Origin: Candidatus Zhuqueibacterota bacterium
Lineage (GTDB): Bacteria; Zhuqueibacterota; Zhuqueibacteria; Thermofontimicrobiales; Thermofontimicrobiaceae
Length of the DNA stretch: 64,000 nt
Reading direction: 5' to 3'
Assembly: GCA_049322915.1 (NCBI GenBank)
Contig: JBMOPW010000026.1
Location: 207,013 to 271,012, forward strand
The notes beneath the pieces were generated by a model. The model was given only the letters and a program-made list of their open reading frames with translations. It had not been told where the DNA came from and searched no databases. The position numbers and the translations under genes were made by a program. The stretch's first letter is position 1. Each line of letters opens with the position of its first letter. Of the stretch, positions 1-9,406 are shown one piece after another.

Positions 1-231
1 GGATAGATTGACCTGCCGCGATTCCAGCATGGGCACGCCGCCGGGATTATAATAAGCTGCTTCCGGGCCATCAGCGACGGCAGTGAATGCTCCGCCCATT
101 CCATTGGCTCGGGCGCCCAATCCCATTCTCAGAAACGCGCCAGCCAGAATACTTTCGTCCGCAATGCTGTTTGCAGTCATCAATAAAAAGATAAGGCCGA
201 TTGACCCTATTGTGAATTTCAACTTATTCAT
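1..231 (-). CDS. PorV/PorQ-family outer-membrane protein (5' part only; runs off window start)
   Basis: Manual translation from ATG at 231: MNKLKFTIGSIGLIFLLMTANSIADESILAGAFLRMGLGARANGMGGAFTAVADGPEAAYYNPGG. It has a signal peptide and the FLRxGxGARAxGMGGAFxAxAD..A.YYNPAG-type motif. Confidence 0.8.
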   Translation of the reverse strand, partial: MNKLKFTIGSIGLIFLLMTANSIADESILAGAFLRMGLGARANGMGGAFTAVADGPEAAYYNPGGVPMLESRQVNLS

Positions 232-366
232 TTTGATTCCTTTAACCTTATTGAAGGGTTACTATTCAGGCATGTATTCTTGCCGCAAAGACGCCAGGTC
301 ACGAAGTTAAAGAAGATGTACATTTTCTTATTCTATCTTTATAATGCGCTATTCAATAATTTTTTT

Positions 367-492
367 GTAACGACTCAGGTTGGCTGATTCAGGGTTCAAG
401 GTAAAAATCCGTTCGCTATTTAAATTTCAATAAATGAATACACTTTTCAACCCTGAACCGGGAACCTTTAAACCGGGAACCTGAGCAGTATC
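367..492. mobile_element. Degenerate palindromic MITE-like element with GTAAC..CTCAG / CTGAG..GTA ends
   Basis: Left GTAACGACTCAGGTT and right AACCTGAGCAGTATC. The right arm is nearly identical to 20813-20850. No target duplication seen. Confidence 0.4.
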
Positions 493-515
493 ATTGAAGA
501 TACCCATCCAAAAAT

Positions 516-1964
516 TCAATCGATGATGATCACTTTGCCCCAGTATGTACCGTCGCCTTCCAGGTCCAACTGGTAAAAATAAACGCCATTGGCCAGCAAT
601 TTCCCGTCTTCATTCTCGCCATTCCAGGGTATCACGCCAGCCTGATTGGCAGGAAATGAACCGCCCTGAATCGTCGTCACCAGATCCATGGCAAAATCGA
701 AAATGCGGATTGTCGCGCGCGTCGCGCTGGTGGTATTGAATTGAAACCGGATAAAGCCATCGCCGCCAATTTGATTGTGCCGCAGGGGCGAAAACGGATT
801 GGGATAAGCGTACACGCGCGGCTCGCCGGATTTGCCCGGTCTCACAAAGGCGCGGTGAACCGTCCAGTTGACGCCGCCATCGGCGGAGTTGGCCAATCCG
901 TCGGCGCTGCCGGCCCAGAGCACATTGGAAGGCGTCACGCCCACGGAGTAAAACTCCACCGTGTACAATTTTTCGTTGTTATCCGCATCGATAATTTGAG
1001 GGAACACATCCCAGGTTTCGCCGCAGTCCGGGGATTTCCAGAGCCCGCTATCCGTTGCAGCGTAGACAGCATTCCCGTCACAGGAGAAATTATAGGTGAA
1101 TTTCCCGCGCAAGGCGGTGCTCCACGTGAGGCCGCCGTCTTCGGTTCTGGAGACAGCGCGATACTCAGTTGGATCGTCGGTGTTGGCCGTCGCTGCCCAG
1201 AGGATGGTTTTGTCCGCTGTGCGCTGCTGACAAAATGCGACGACATGATTACCGGCAATGGGGCTATCCTGATTTTGGTGGGTGAACTGCGTTTCCCAGG
1301 TTTTGCCGGCGTCATACGACACATTGATGCCCTCGGCCGTTCCGCACCAGAGAGTATCGCCCACGGCAAGCAGGGAAAATACGCGGTGGTTGTAATACTC
1401 GTCCGGATTGAAGTTGTAATTGTCCGGCGGACGCACCTGCCATGTCCGGCCCAGGTCGCTCGACTTCATCAGTCCGCCCCCGAAGCTGGCGATCCACACC
1501 GTGGAATCGATCACCGCGATATCATAGGTAATATTGTTGATCAGCGTCCAATCGCCGCCGGGCAAAGGCTGCGGCACGAAATGCCACGTTGCGCCATGAT
1601 CCAGAGAATAACTGAGACCGCCGCCGGCCGGCCAGTTCTCGCCATCGAAGAGGGTATCAATGGCAGTGGCGACCCAGATCAGCGAATCCTCGACTGCAAT
1701 AGCGGAAACGCCGCCGCGACCAATGCCCTGTTTTCGTGAGTAGGTCACCCACGTTTCTCCGCCATCTTCGGTTTTGGACAATCCTTTCCCCGTGCCGATC
1801 CAGATTGTGTTTTCATCCACGACCACAATATCCGAAACGCTGTTGCTTTTTATCCCGGATTCAGGGTCAGCCAGTAATTTGTAACTGGATTTGGATAAAA
1901 CCTGGCTCATCGCAGAGCTAAAACTGAGGCTTAAAAGAAAAATCAATAGGATGACTTTTTTCAT
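516..1964 (-). CDS. Secreted BNR/Asp-box beta-propeller protein with C-terminal FlgD-Ig/T9SS-type sorting domain
   Basis: Signal peptide; repeated S/TxDxGxTW Asp-boxes; C-terminal YAYPNPFSP...WNGENEDGKLLANGVYFY. Confidence 0.8.
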   Translation of the reverse strand: MKKVILLIFLLSLSFSSAMSQVLSKSSYKLLADPESGIKSNSVSDIVVVDENTIWIGTGKGLSKTEDGGETWVTYSRKQGIGRGGVSAIAVEDSLIWVATAIDTLFDGENWPAGGGLSYSLDHGATWHFVPQPLPGGDWTLINNITYDIAVIDSTVWIASFGGGLMKSSDLGRTWQVRPPDNYNFNPDEYYNHRVFSLLAVGDTLWCGTAEGINVSYDAGKTWETQFTHQNQDSPIAGNHVVAFCQQRTADKTILWAATANTDDPTEYRAVSRTEDGGLTWSTALRGKFTYNFSCDGNAVYAATDSGLWKSPDCGETWDVFPQIIDADNNEKLYTVEFYSVGVTPSNVLWAGSADGLANSADGGVNWTVHRAFVRPGKSGEPRVYAYPNPFSPLRHNQIGGDGFIRFQFNTTSATRATIRIFDFAMDLVTTIQGGSFPANQAGVIPWNGENEDGKLLANGVYFYQLDLEGDGTYWGKVIIID

Positions 1965-1965
1965 G

Positions 1966-3114
1966 TTACTTTTTCACCGTTACAATGTGAATAATTTTAT
2001 TGCTTAACAAATCGGAGTAATCCCGCGCCTGAAACTCGAAACGATAGTTGCCGGGAGTTGTATTGTAAGGAAAACGAATTTGCAGTGAATAGATATGATT
2101 GCCAGGCTCCACATCGCCGCTCGTGCCGTCATCGTACATGAACAGGGGACTGCTTGCCGACATCTGGCCATCCGGTTTATAGCTGTTGAAAAAGACGTTT
2201 TTGATATCCCGATTGTCATCGGCATCCGACGCCGCAATGGTGATCAGCCGGGTATCCTCTCCTGTGGAAGGCAACTGAATGGTATCCGGAGCTGACAGAT
2301 CGAAAACCACCGGCGCGACGCCGATGTCCATTTTCTTCCAGGGCAGAACGACATAGATGCTCTCGCTGACCTTGTCGCGGCTATCGTACGCCTGAATGCT
2401 GACATGATACAGCCCGAATTTCCAGGCGGAAAACGCGGTGTTCGTTTCAATACCGAACACATGATCATTGGCCAGACTATCGCTGTGAACGCCGTCGTCG
2501 TACAACTCGCCCTGTTCCGCCAGTTCGGAGACGGTTGGGCCGAGAATCTGATACGTCACCCGGGAGATAACATCGCCGCTGTCCTGATCCACAGCATGCA
2601 CCTGGAGCACGAACGGGACCACCTGATCCACCACGACAGAATCAGGGATGAAAATTTGGGTGATGATTGGAGCCGCATTGACAATCCCCTGCGCCACGAC
2701 AAAACTCCGTGAAAGCGCATTGCTCTCCGCCTCCGATTGATCGATCGCTTTCACAGTTAACTGATACATGCCAGGCTCCAGAGTCGCAGACAGCCGCAGC
2801 GAAAATTTTCCATCGTTGGCAATATTGTCGCCGTGCGCGTCGTAATTGCCATCATCAAATAACGCGCCAGTCAGATTGACAGCGCCGCCGGTGACGCTGA
2901 AATTCACATGCTGAATATCGCCCAGACCATCCTGATCAGAACATTTCACTGAAAAAATATAGCTGGAAATCTCATTGGACAGCATGGTATCAGGGACGCT
3001 CAGGGCTGAAAGAACAGGAACAGAATTTTTAGGTGAGACAGGATCGTCATTTTCACAAGAAGTCATGATGATGAGCATGGACAAAACAAGCGTTGTTTTC
3101 CAGGGGAACCGCAC
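1966..3114 (-). CDS. Lipoprotein with three repeated LYDDG..GD..A.D..FS (choice-of-anchor X-like) domains
   Basis: Lipobox-like MTSC; motifs LFDDGNYDAHGDNIANDGKFS, LYDDGVHSDSLANDHVFG and MYDDGTSGDVEPGNHIYS. Confidence 0.7.
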   Translation of the reverse strand: MRFPWKTTLVLSMLIIMTSCENDDPVSPKNSVPVLSALSVPDTMLSNEISSYIFSVKCSDQDGLGDIQHVNFSVTGGAVNLTGALFDDGNYDAHGDNIANDGKFSLRLSATLEPGMYQLTVKAIDQSEAESNALSRSFVVAQGIVNAAPIITQIFIPDSVVVDQVVPFVLQVHAVDQDSGDVISRVTYQILGPTVSELAEQGELYDDGVHSDSLANDHVFGIETNTAFSAWKFGLYHVSIQAYDSRDKVSESIYVVLPWKKMDIGVAPVVFDLSAPDTIQLPSTGEDTRLITIAASDADDNRDIKNVFFNSYKPDGQMSASSPLFMYDDGTSGDVEPGNHIYSLQIRFPYNTTPGNYRFEFQARDYSDLLSNKIIHIVTVKK

Positions 3115-3280
3115 GAGGACTCCATGATATATTTGAAAAAATTCTCGGTTGATTGATTATTCGATGAAAGGCATCGGTTTCAAAATGTTGTTAGTTGTAT
3201 GTTTTTATAATCGTAAAAGTTCCACCCTTTTTTGGACGGAAGCGAGCGCTAAATATGTGAAATATTGAATTGTTGGATGG

Positions 3281-3326
3281 AAAAAAAAAGTGAGGAAAGT
3301 CGAATAGAAATTCATCTTTCCTCACT
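3281..3326 (-). terminator. Intrinsic terminator after the M56/TonB gene
   Basis: AGTGAGGAAAG / CTTTCCTCACT stem with an A9 run on the + strand (U-tract on the - strand). Confidence 0.6.
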
Positions 3327-3464
3327 CAGATTTTGAAGATTCAATCACAGGGTGGAACGTATCTTCATTTTAAAGCTCACGCCATATTTGCTCAAGACGA
3401 TCATGGCAACGAAACGGAAATTCAGCACACCCCCGTGAATGACGTACCTTTTGATCTGCGATCG

Positions 3465-5222
3465 TCATTTCAAAGTGAAATTGATCGGGACAGTGACCCA
3501 GGCGCCAACGGCTTTGCCATCTTTTTTCGCCGGCGTCCATTTCACCGCCTGCACCGCGTTCATTGCCGCCTTGACGCACTCCTCGTTATCCATGCTTTTT
3601 TCTTTCTCGATTTTCACTTTCGCCACTTTACCGTCGACATCGATAAATGCGTTCACCCAAACAACCCCTTGCAGTTTTTGTTCTCTTGCTTTCGCAGGAT
3701 AGGTGATGTGCTTTCCAATTTCGGCCATTCCGCCGACTGGTGAAGGAGACTCGTCCCACTCCGCCTGTTCAACGGTATCTTTGCTCTTGAGTTCATCCTT
3801 CAGGATTTCCGGCATGGGCGGCATTTCTTTTAAATCTTTGGAACCCTTCTTCTTCACCTCTTCATTGTACTGGGTGACTTTTTTCACTTCCTGTTCGTAC
3901 TTCTTTTTTATCTGTAAGATTTTTTCGTCATCCGAAGCGAGCTCCTTGCTCACCAGTTTGAAATCCATGCTGGTCGTCAGATTCACCTTGACGTTAATGG
4001 ATGCGACCTTAACACTCATGAATCCAGGAGAAGAGGCGAGTAAGTTGTACACGCCAGGCGGAACGTCTGCGATTGTATAGCTGCCATTCACGTCCGAAAT
4101 GCCCTTGAAATTCGTGCCATCAATTGCGACCGTTGCACCGGACAAGGGCACTCCGGTTTTGACATCGATAACAACGCCGGTTATTTTCCCTGTGCTCTCA
4201 TTGTGAGACGCGGTCATGCCTTCTGAAGCGGCTGTCTCCCCATTGGTAATTTCACCAATGCTCCAGGAAAAGGGAACCATCAGCAGGATCAGTACACCTG
4301 CAATCAACAACCTTGACTTTTTAGAAATGTGTTTCATAGTGGCCTCCGTAATTTGATATTGTACACGTTTGAGTAATTCATTTTTCTGCCTGATCAGGGC
4401 AGACGCCGAAGAACAGCCTAACTCTGAATAAGCTATATCTTCAGCGATTTTCACCAGATATCTGGAGTACTCCACATGTGAACTTTTTTTGGACTCGACT
4501 GAAGCATCATCGCACGCCATCTCGCGGTATTGGTTCAACCGCTGATTCAATATCCACACCAGCGGGTGGAAAAAGTATATTGCTTGAATGAACAATTGTA
4601 TCAGTTGTGACAATCCATCGCGCCGGCGAATGTGGGCTAATTCGTGCTGGAGAATCATTCTCCTGCAATCAGGGGTCCAATTTTCCCAATGATTGGGAAC
4701 ATACACTTTATTCGAAAAAATGCCCAGCGTTAAGGGCATATTGATACGACTGCTTTTGTAAATGCGAATGGAATCCAATCCGGGTGTATTGTGAACGTCC
4801 TCAAATTTAACAGGCACAGCTTCGCGCAGTTTCATCCGCAATCTGATCGTGGAAATAAAAGGTATCAGCACTGCGATGCCCGCTGTCACGCCCCAGACGA
4901 CCAGAAGAATCACGGAAATACTGAGCTTTTCGGAAAGGGTCATCTGCTCCGCCTCGGAAATCACGACGAAATTTCCGATATCAAAATTTACCACGCCATT
5001 GGAGAAAGAAAAGGGGCCCTTTAAAAACGGCGCAGGAAGATACGGAGGGACCAGCAACTTCAGCAAGCCGATGAACGCCACGACGTACTTCAGACGCGCA
5101 TCCGCATTTTTCAATAGCGCCAGCGCAATGAAGATGACGATTAAAAACAGTGTGTTCTGAATAATCATTGAACTGAAAATAATCGCCCATTGCTGGCTCA
5201 GATGATTCAATGTCTCAGTCAT
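3465..5222 (-). CDS. BlaR1-like M56 metallopeptidase fused to a carboxypeptidase-regulatory-like domain and a TonB C-terminal domain
   Basis: N-terminal TM helices; HELAHIRRRD; FFHPLVW..REMACD; GKITGVVID..TGVPLSGATV; C-terminal YPAKAREQKLQGVVWV..WTPAKKDGKAVGAWVTVPINF. Confidence 0.9.
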   Translation of the reverse strand: MTETLNHLSQQWAIIFSSMIIQNTLFLIVIFIALALLKNADARLKYVVAFIGLLKLLVPPYLPAPFLKGPFSFSNGVVNFDIGNFVVISEAEQMTLSEKLSISVILLVVWGVTAGIAVLIPFISTIRLRMKLREAVPVKFEDVHNTPGLDSIRIYKSSRINMPLTLGIFSNKVYVPNHWENWTPDCRRMILQHELAHIRRRDGLSQLIQLFIQAIYFFHPLVWILNQRLNQYREMACDDASVESKKSSHVEYSRYLVKIAEDIAYSELGCSSASALIRQKNELLKRVQYQITEATMKHISKKSRLLIAGVLILLMVPFSWSIGEITNGETAASEGMTASHNESTGKITGVVIDVKTGVPLSGATVAIDGTNFKGISDVNGSYTIADVPPGVYNLLASSPGFMSVKVASINVKVNLTTSMDFKLVSKELASDDEKILQIKKKYEQEVKKVTQYNEEVKKKGSKDLKEMPPMPEILKDELKSKDTVEQAEWDESPSPVGGMAEIGKHITYPAKAREQKLQGVVWVNAFIDVDGKVAKVKIEKEKSMDNEECVKAAMNAVQAVKWTPAKKDGKAVGAWVTVPINFTLK

Positions 5223-5616
5223 GATTCGAGTCCTTCAAAACAGCTTCTTTTTTATCCAGGAGCTCTTTAATCATCCCGATCTCTTTCAATGTCAGATCTT
5301 TTGAATTGATCAGAAAATTCGCGAGCGCCGGCGCGGACCCGCTGAACATGCGGGAAATGAACTGCGAGAGTTCTGAGTTCACCAACTGGTCCCGCGTCTT
5401 CGTCGGTTTGTAGAAGTTCACCAGTCCCTGTTTTTTTCGTTTTAGCAATCCTTTTTTCTCAAGAATATTCATGATGGTCTGGACTGTGGTGTAGGCCTTT
5501 TCGCCGCCCGGAAAAGCGTGATCCAGCACTTCCCGCACCGATGGCGAGCCTTTCAGCGACCAGATGGCCTCCATGATTTCCCATTCAGCAGGCGTCAATT
5601 TTTCTGTAACTGACAT
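5215..5616 (-). CDS. BlaI/MecI/CopY-family transcriptional repressor
   Basis: LTPAEWEIMEAIW..SVREV..AYTTVQTIMNILEKKGLL; overlaps the start of the M56 gene. Confidence 0.92.
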   Translation of the reverse strand: MSVTEKLTPAEWEIMEAIWSLKGSPSVREVLDHAFPGGEKAYTTVQTIMNILEKKGLLKRKKQGLVNFYKPTKTRDQLVNSELSQFISRMFSGSAPALANFLINSKDLTLKEIGMIKELLDKKEAVLKDSNHD

Positions 5617-5733
5617 CTATCCTCCTCGCACAATCAAGCGGTATGCATGCTCATGCTTGTGGCGCATTGAACATAATTTTTAAAATTCTTCGCGCAACTT
5701 CATCGCATCGTGACCACTCACCAATTGCGATAG

Positions 5734-5798
5734 TACTAATGAATTAATATATCTACTAATCTCATAGTAAATATACTAAACTATAAGTACATTGTCAA
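5734..5798 (-). promoter_or_regulatory. Sigma70 promoter (TTGACA-17-TATATT) overlapped by three TACTA-N6-TAGTA-like operator boxes
   Basis: -35 at 5798-5793 and -10 at 5775-5770 on the - strand. Boxes start at 5734, 5754 and 5774 (20-bp period). Confidence 0.7.
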
Positions 5799-5941
5799 GC
5801 ACTTTTTTTATTTTTTTTAAAATTTATATTCGCTATTTCAGCCAGGGGTGAAAGCGCCGCAGCCGTGCGAAAATCATTCCTCAAACGAGTCATGCCGGAA
5901 CCGGCAGTCAATTCGGAGGCGCATGTCCACCCTTTGGAGTC

Positions 5942-5983
5942 AAAAAAAAAGTCCACTTCCTGTTTACGAAAGGGACTTTTTTT
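5942..5983. terminator. Intrinsic terminator after the HAD gene
   Basis: A9-GTCC ... GGAC-T7 hairpin. Confidence 0.6.
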
Positions 5984-6008
5984 GTTACATCAATTTTTAA
6001 AAGTGGAG

Positions 6009-6662
6009 CTAATGTCTCCCGTTCAACAACCGCTCGATTGGAACGGATTGCAAGTCGTTCACGATTAAATCAGCCTCGCGCAACAGCGCCGTGTCCTCGA
6101 TGGTCGTCTGAACGGCCACGCAGTACATCCCGGCCGACCTGGCTGCACGAATTCCCAGCGGCGCATTTTCAATGACCAGACACTGTGCCGGCGTTACGTG
6201 CAGTTCGCGGGACGCTTTCAAAAAGGGCTCCGGATCTGGTTTGGTGCGTGACACCGCATCGCCGGTGACGATGGTATCAAAATTTTCCAGAAAATTCTCT
6301 CCCACGACCGGAATAATATTGGGCAGCGTGGAGCCGGTCACCAGGGCAACTTTTTTCGTTCTGCGTTTCAAAAAGGCAAGCATGTCCTCCACGCCGGGAT
6401 AAATCGTCGCGCGAGTCACTTTTCGATAGAACTCTCTCTTATTGCGCGCCAGTTCAAGAAGCTCGGGCTTCTTCAGTGACAGTCCTTTTTGCTCAGCCAG
6501 ACTGACGCCAATCTCCTCCGCCATTTTTCCTTCAAGTTGGCACACATCCAGCCAATGGATCGCCACGTTGTACCTGGAAAAAGCCAGATTCCAGGCCTGC
6601 ACGTGATAGGTCATTGTATCGGCGATGACGCCATCAAAATCAAACAGTACTGCTTCGATCAC
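6009..6662 (-). CDS. HAD-family phosphatase (beta-phosphoglucomutase-like)
   Basis: FDFDGVIADT, VTGS, KPDPEPF, VIENAPLGI. GTG start at 6662 chosen because of the upstream GGAG. Confidence 0.88.
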   Translation of the reverse strand: MIEAVLFDFDGVIADTMTYHVQAWNLAFSRYNVAIHWLDVCQLEGKMAEEIGVSLAEQKGLSLKKPELLELARNKREFYRKVTRATIYPGVEDMLAFLKRRTKKVALVTGSTLPNIIPVVGENFLENFDTIVTGDAVSRTKPDPEPFLKASRELHVTPAQCLVIENAPLGIRAARSAGMYCVAVQTTIEDTALLREADLIVNDLQSVPIERLLNGRH

Positions 6663-6912
6663 AAGAAAACTCCCTCGGCAAATTATCAAACAATTGTTTA
6701 AGCTTATCAATCCAACTATTCAGGCATGCATTATTGCTGCAAAGACACCAAGTCCCGAAGTTACACGATGATGTGCTTTTTTTTATTCAATCTTTCCATG
6801 CGATAATCATAACTTTTTCTAAAACCAATTTTAGATATTTTTTTCTTTGCACCTTTGAGGCTGAATAATTCCATCAAGCTTTTTAAACAAAGAAAAATGC
6901 ATTTCCACTTTT

Positions 6913-6954
6913 GCGTCTCGCATCTCGCGTCTCACATCTCGCGTCTCGCGTCTA
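6913..6954. repeat. Tandem heptamer repeat (RCRTCTC)x6
   Basis: GCGTCTC GCATCTC GCGTCTC ACATCTC GCGTCTC GCGTCTA. Confidence 0.8.
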
Positions 6955-6957
6955 TCG

Positions 6958-7494
6958 TCACCCCATTTTTATCGGCTCAAAATTCATGAAATCAGCATGA
7001 TGCACAATCACAGCCTCCGGGCAGCGATACCCGCCATCGCCTTCTTTGGCATGCACGGCGATCATGTGCACGACTTTATCGGGCAAATCGTGCTTCATGG
7101 CCAATCCCGCGCCGCTGAATGGATGCCGCAGCAATTTACCGGTGACGCTTTTCTTGATTCCGTCCGGCATGTTGGCATATTCCAGAATTTTTCCCACATC
7201 ATGCAACAATCCGCCGGAGACGAGAATATCATCGTCGATGGAATAGGTGTCCCCGTTGAACTTCTTCAGCACCCTGGCCGATTCAATCGCGACCTGGGTG
7301 ACGCCTCGGGTGTGATCGATAATATTCACCGGACAGTCCGGAATCAACAGCGTGAAGGGAATTCGTTCCAGATCTGAAACCTTCCAGCCGCCGCGTTCCA
7401 GGGCTTCCAGCCAAACATCGATGGTTTTATTTCGAAGCTCTTCATTTTTAATCAAATTGAATTCAGGAAAAACATTGATCAGTTCGTCGCGCAT
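6958..7494 (-). CDS. HD-domain (HDIG-like) phosphohydrolase
   Basis: DHTRGV..GGLLHDVGKILEY..RHPFSG..HHAD. ATG at 7494 follows GGAGAG. Confidence 0.85.
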   Translation of the reverse strand: MRDELINVFPEFNLIKNEELRNKTIDVWLEALERGGWKVSDLERIPFTLLIPDCPVNIIDHTRGVTQVAIESARVLKKFNGDTYSIDDDILVSGGLLHDVGKILEYANMPDGIKKSVTGKLLRHPFSGAGLAMKHDLPDKVVHMIAVHAKEGDGGYRCPEAVIVHHADFMNFEPIKMG

Positions 7495-7655
7495 AGTTCT
7501 CTCCAATTAAAATTTGATCCAGTGTCGTTCAGTACTGAATTTGAAATCATCTGCTTCTAACGGACACGAGGGTATTCCTCAACAGCCCATCACCTGGCCG
7601 GGCATTCGAATCGATCCGAATCTGCGGGCATTTACCATTCCGCGATACCCAATTT

Positions 7656-8477
7656 TCACCGGCTCTCCCGCGTTCTCTTTTCCGCCATAATTTTATACTG
7701 GCGGCCGGCAAAGGTAAAAATATTGTTGCGCCTGCCAATCAGTTCGACTGAATTGCGATTCGCTTTCATCATTTTTGTGAACGATCGTGCAGGTCGGGCG
7801 CTGTCGAAGTCCCCCTTAATTTTGAATCCGAAGGTTCCCACGGTTTCTTCCTCACCGCTGAACGGCAGTGGATCGGATCCGGCAATCACCGAATAGCCTT
7901 TCTGCTTCGCCCGTTTGATGAGCTTCGGTTCTGGCCACAGCGTGTGTCGCAGTGTGGTTTCGCCGATAAAGGCATCGTCGGCCGAATACTCATAGATGAG
8001 GCTCGCAATCACTTGTCCCCGTTTGAAAAACCATTTTCCCGGCGCCCAGTTCAGCGTGGGAATACCGCCCGAATCCTCGATGGCCTGTTTTATCTCCCGA
8101 ATCGACTTTTCCCGGTCAGGAATATTTAACCGCGAAACAAGCGATAAAATCTCCAGCCCCTCGCTGGCAACCAACTGCCGGCCGGCAAAAATGTACAGGT
8201 ATGGTTCGGAATTTTTTCGAACGAGAATTGTCAACCCATCTTCGTGCGGGATAAATTCGTAGCCATCTTTTTTAAAGACAGCCGGGGATTTTGAAATTTC
8301 ATCGAACATGGCGCAATCCGATCGTTCGGTCAACTGCCACACCGGAACGACTTTTTCGCCAGCCTTCCCATTACAATTCTTCATTAAATTTTCATGTCCA
8401 TTTTCAATCGCTCGCGTCAAATCGTAAATCGGATACAAATGAACATGCCCATCCACACTCAGCGTTGCCTGTGCCAT
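7656..8477 (-). CDS. Hypothetical protein, PHP/amidohydrolase-like fold
   Basis: N-terminal DGHVH and late AGSDPLP motifs resemble the PHP family. Confidence 0.5.
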   Translation of the reverse strand: MAQATLSVDGHVHLYPIYDLTRAIENGHENLMKNCNGKAGEKVVPVWQLTERSDCAMFDEISKSPAVFKKDGYEFIPHEDGLTILVRKNSEPYLYIFAGRQLVASEGLEILSLVSRLNIPDREKSIREIKQAIEDSGGIPTLNWAPGKWFFKRGQVIASLIYEYSADDAFIGETTLRHTLWPEPKLIKRAKQKGYSVIAGSDPLPFSGEEETVGTFGFKIKGDFDSARPARSFTKMMKANRNSVELIGRRNNIFTFAGRQYKIMAEKRTRESR

Positions 8478-8606
8478 TATGCTTTCTCCTTCAAACTCAG
8501 CGATCCGTTGTTAATTCATGTTTTTCATTTCAATCGTTGGGATTCAGTGCTCGGTCAGTATTTATAATTCCCCAAACGCTTTTCAACTAATCTCGTCTCA
8601 CGTTTT

Positions 8607-9323
8607 CTATCTTCGAATCAGCCCAATCATGTCGCGCACAGCTCTTTCCATGCCAGTGAGTACGGCGCGCGAGATAATGGAATGACCGATATTCAATTCC
8701 TCGATCTCTTTAATCTTCGCCACATCGACGACATTTTGATAGTTCAATCCGTGGCCGGCGCTGACGCCCAGTCCCAGTTTTGAAGCGGCCATTGCCATGG
8801 ACCGAATGCGCTCCAATTCTTCGACGACCTTGTTCAGGTCCTGCGCATTGGCATAGGCGCCGGTATGCAGTTCCACGTAATCAGCGCCAAGTTTGGCAAC
8901 CGCTTTGATCTGGTAAATATCCGGATCGATAAAAAAACTGACGACGATATTGTTCGCGCGCAGCGTCGAGGTGATTGCTTCCAGATATTCGAAATTAGCA
9001 GTGACGTCCAGACCGCCCTCGGTGGTCACTTCCTGCCGCCGCTCCGGGACAAGCGTCACCATATCCGGCAGCACTGAGATGGCTTTTTTCACCATATCAT
9101 CCGTGGCAGCCATTTCCAGATTCAGATGCGTTCGCACCACCTGCCGCAGCAGGGTCAAATCGCGGTCTTTAATATGGCGCCGGTCTTCGCGCAGATGGCA
9201 CACGATGCCATCGGCGCCTGCCAGTTCCGCAAGCACAGCGCCGGCAATCGGGTCCGGCTCACGTCCGCGTCGCGCTTCACGGATTGTTGCAATATGATCT
9301 ACATTCACGCCTAATCGAACCAT
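8607..9323 (-). CDS. pdxJ: Pyridoxine 5'-phosphate synthase
   Basis: [59 protein letters not shown]. Confidence 0.97.
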   Translation of the reverse strand: MVRLGVNVDHIATIREARRGREPDPIAGAVLAELAGADGIVCHLREDRRHIKDRDLTLLRQVVRTHLNLEMAATDDMVKKAISVLPDMVTLVPERRQEVTTEGGLDVTANFEYLEAITSTLRANNIVVSFFIDPDIYQIKAVAKLGADYVELHTGAYANAQDLNKVVEELERIRSMAMAASKLGLGVSAGHGLNYQNVVDVAKIKEIEELNIGHSIISRAVLTGMERAVRDMIGLIRR

Positions 9324-9406
9324 ATACTCCTCCATACAATATCTGTATCCGTTATAGGAACTGCTAGATTAATTTCAAACCAGAAAGCGTCGAGGGGTTA
9401 ATTCGC

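Noticed and set aside
741..1739. 332-aa + strand ORF (and similar long antisense ORFs at 17297-18355, 30867-31484 and 33113-33838)
   Set aside because: Shadow ORFs opposite well-supported genes, with no recognisable motifs.
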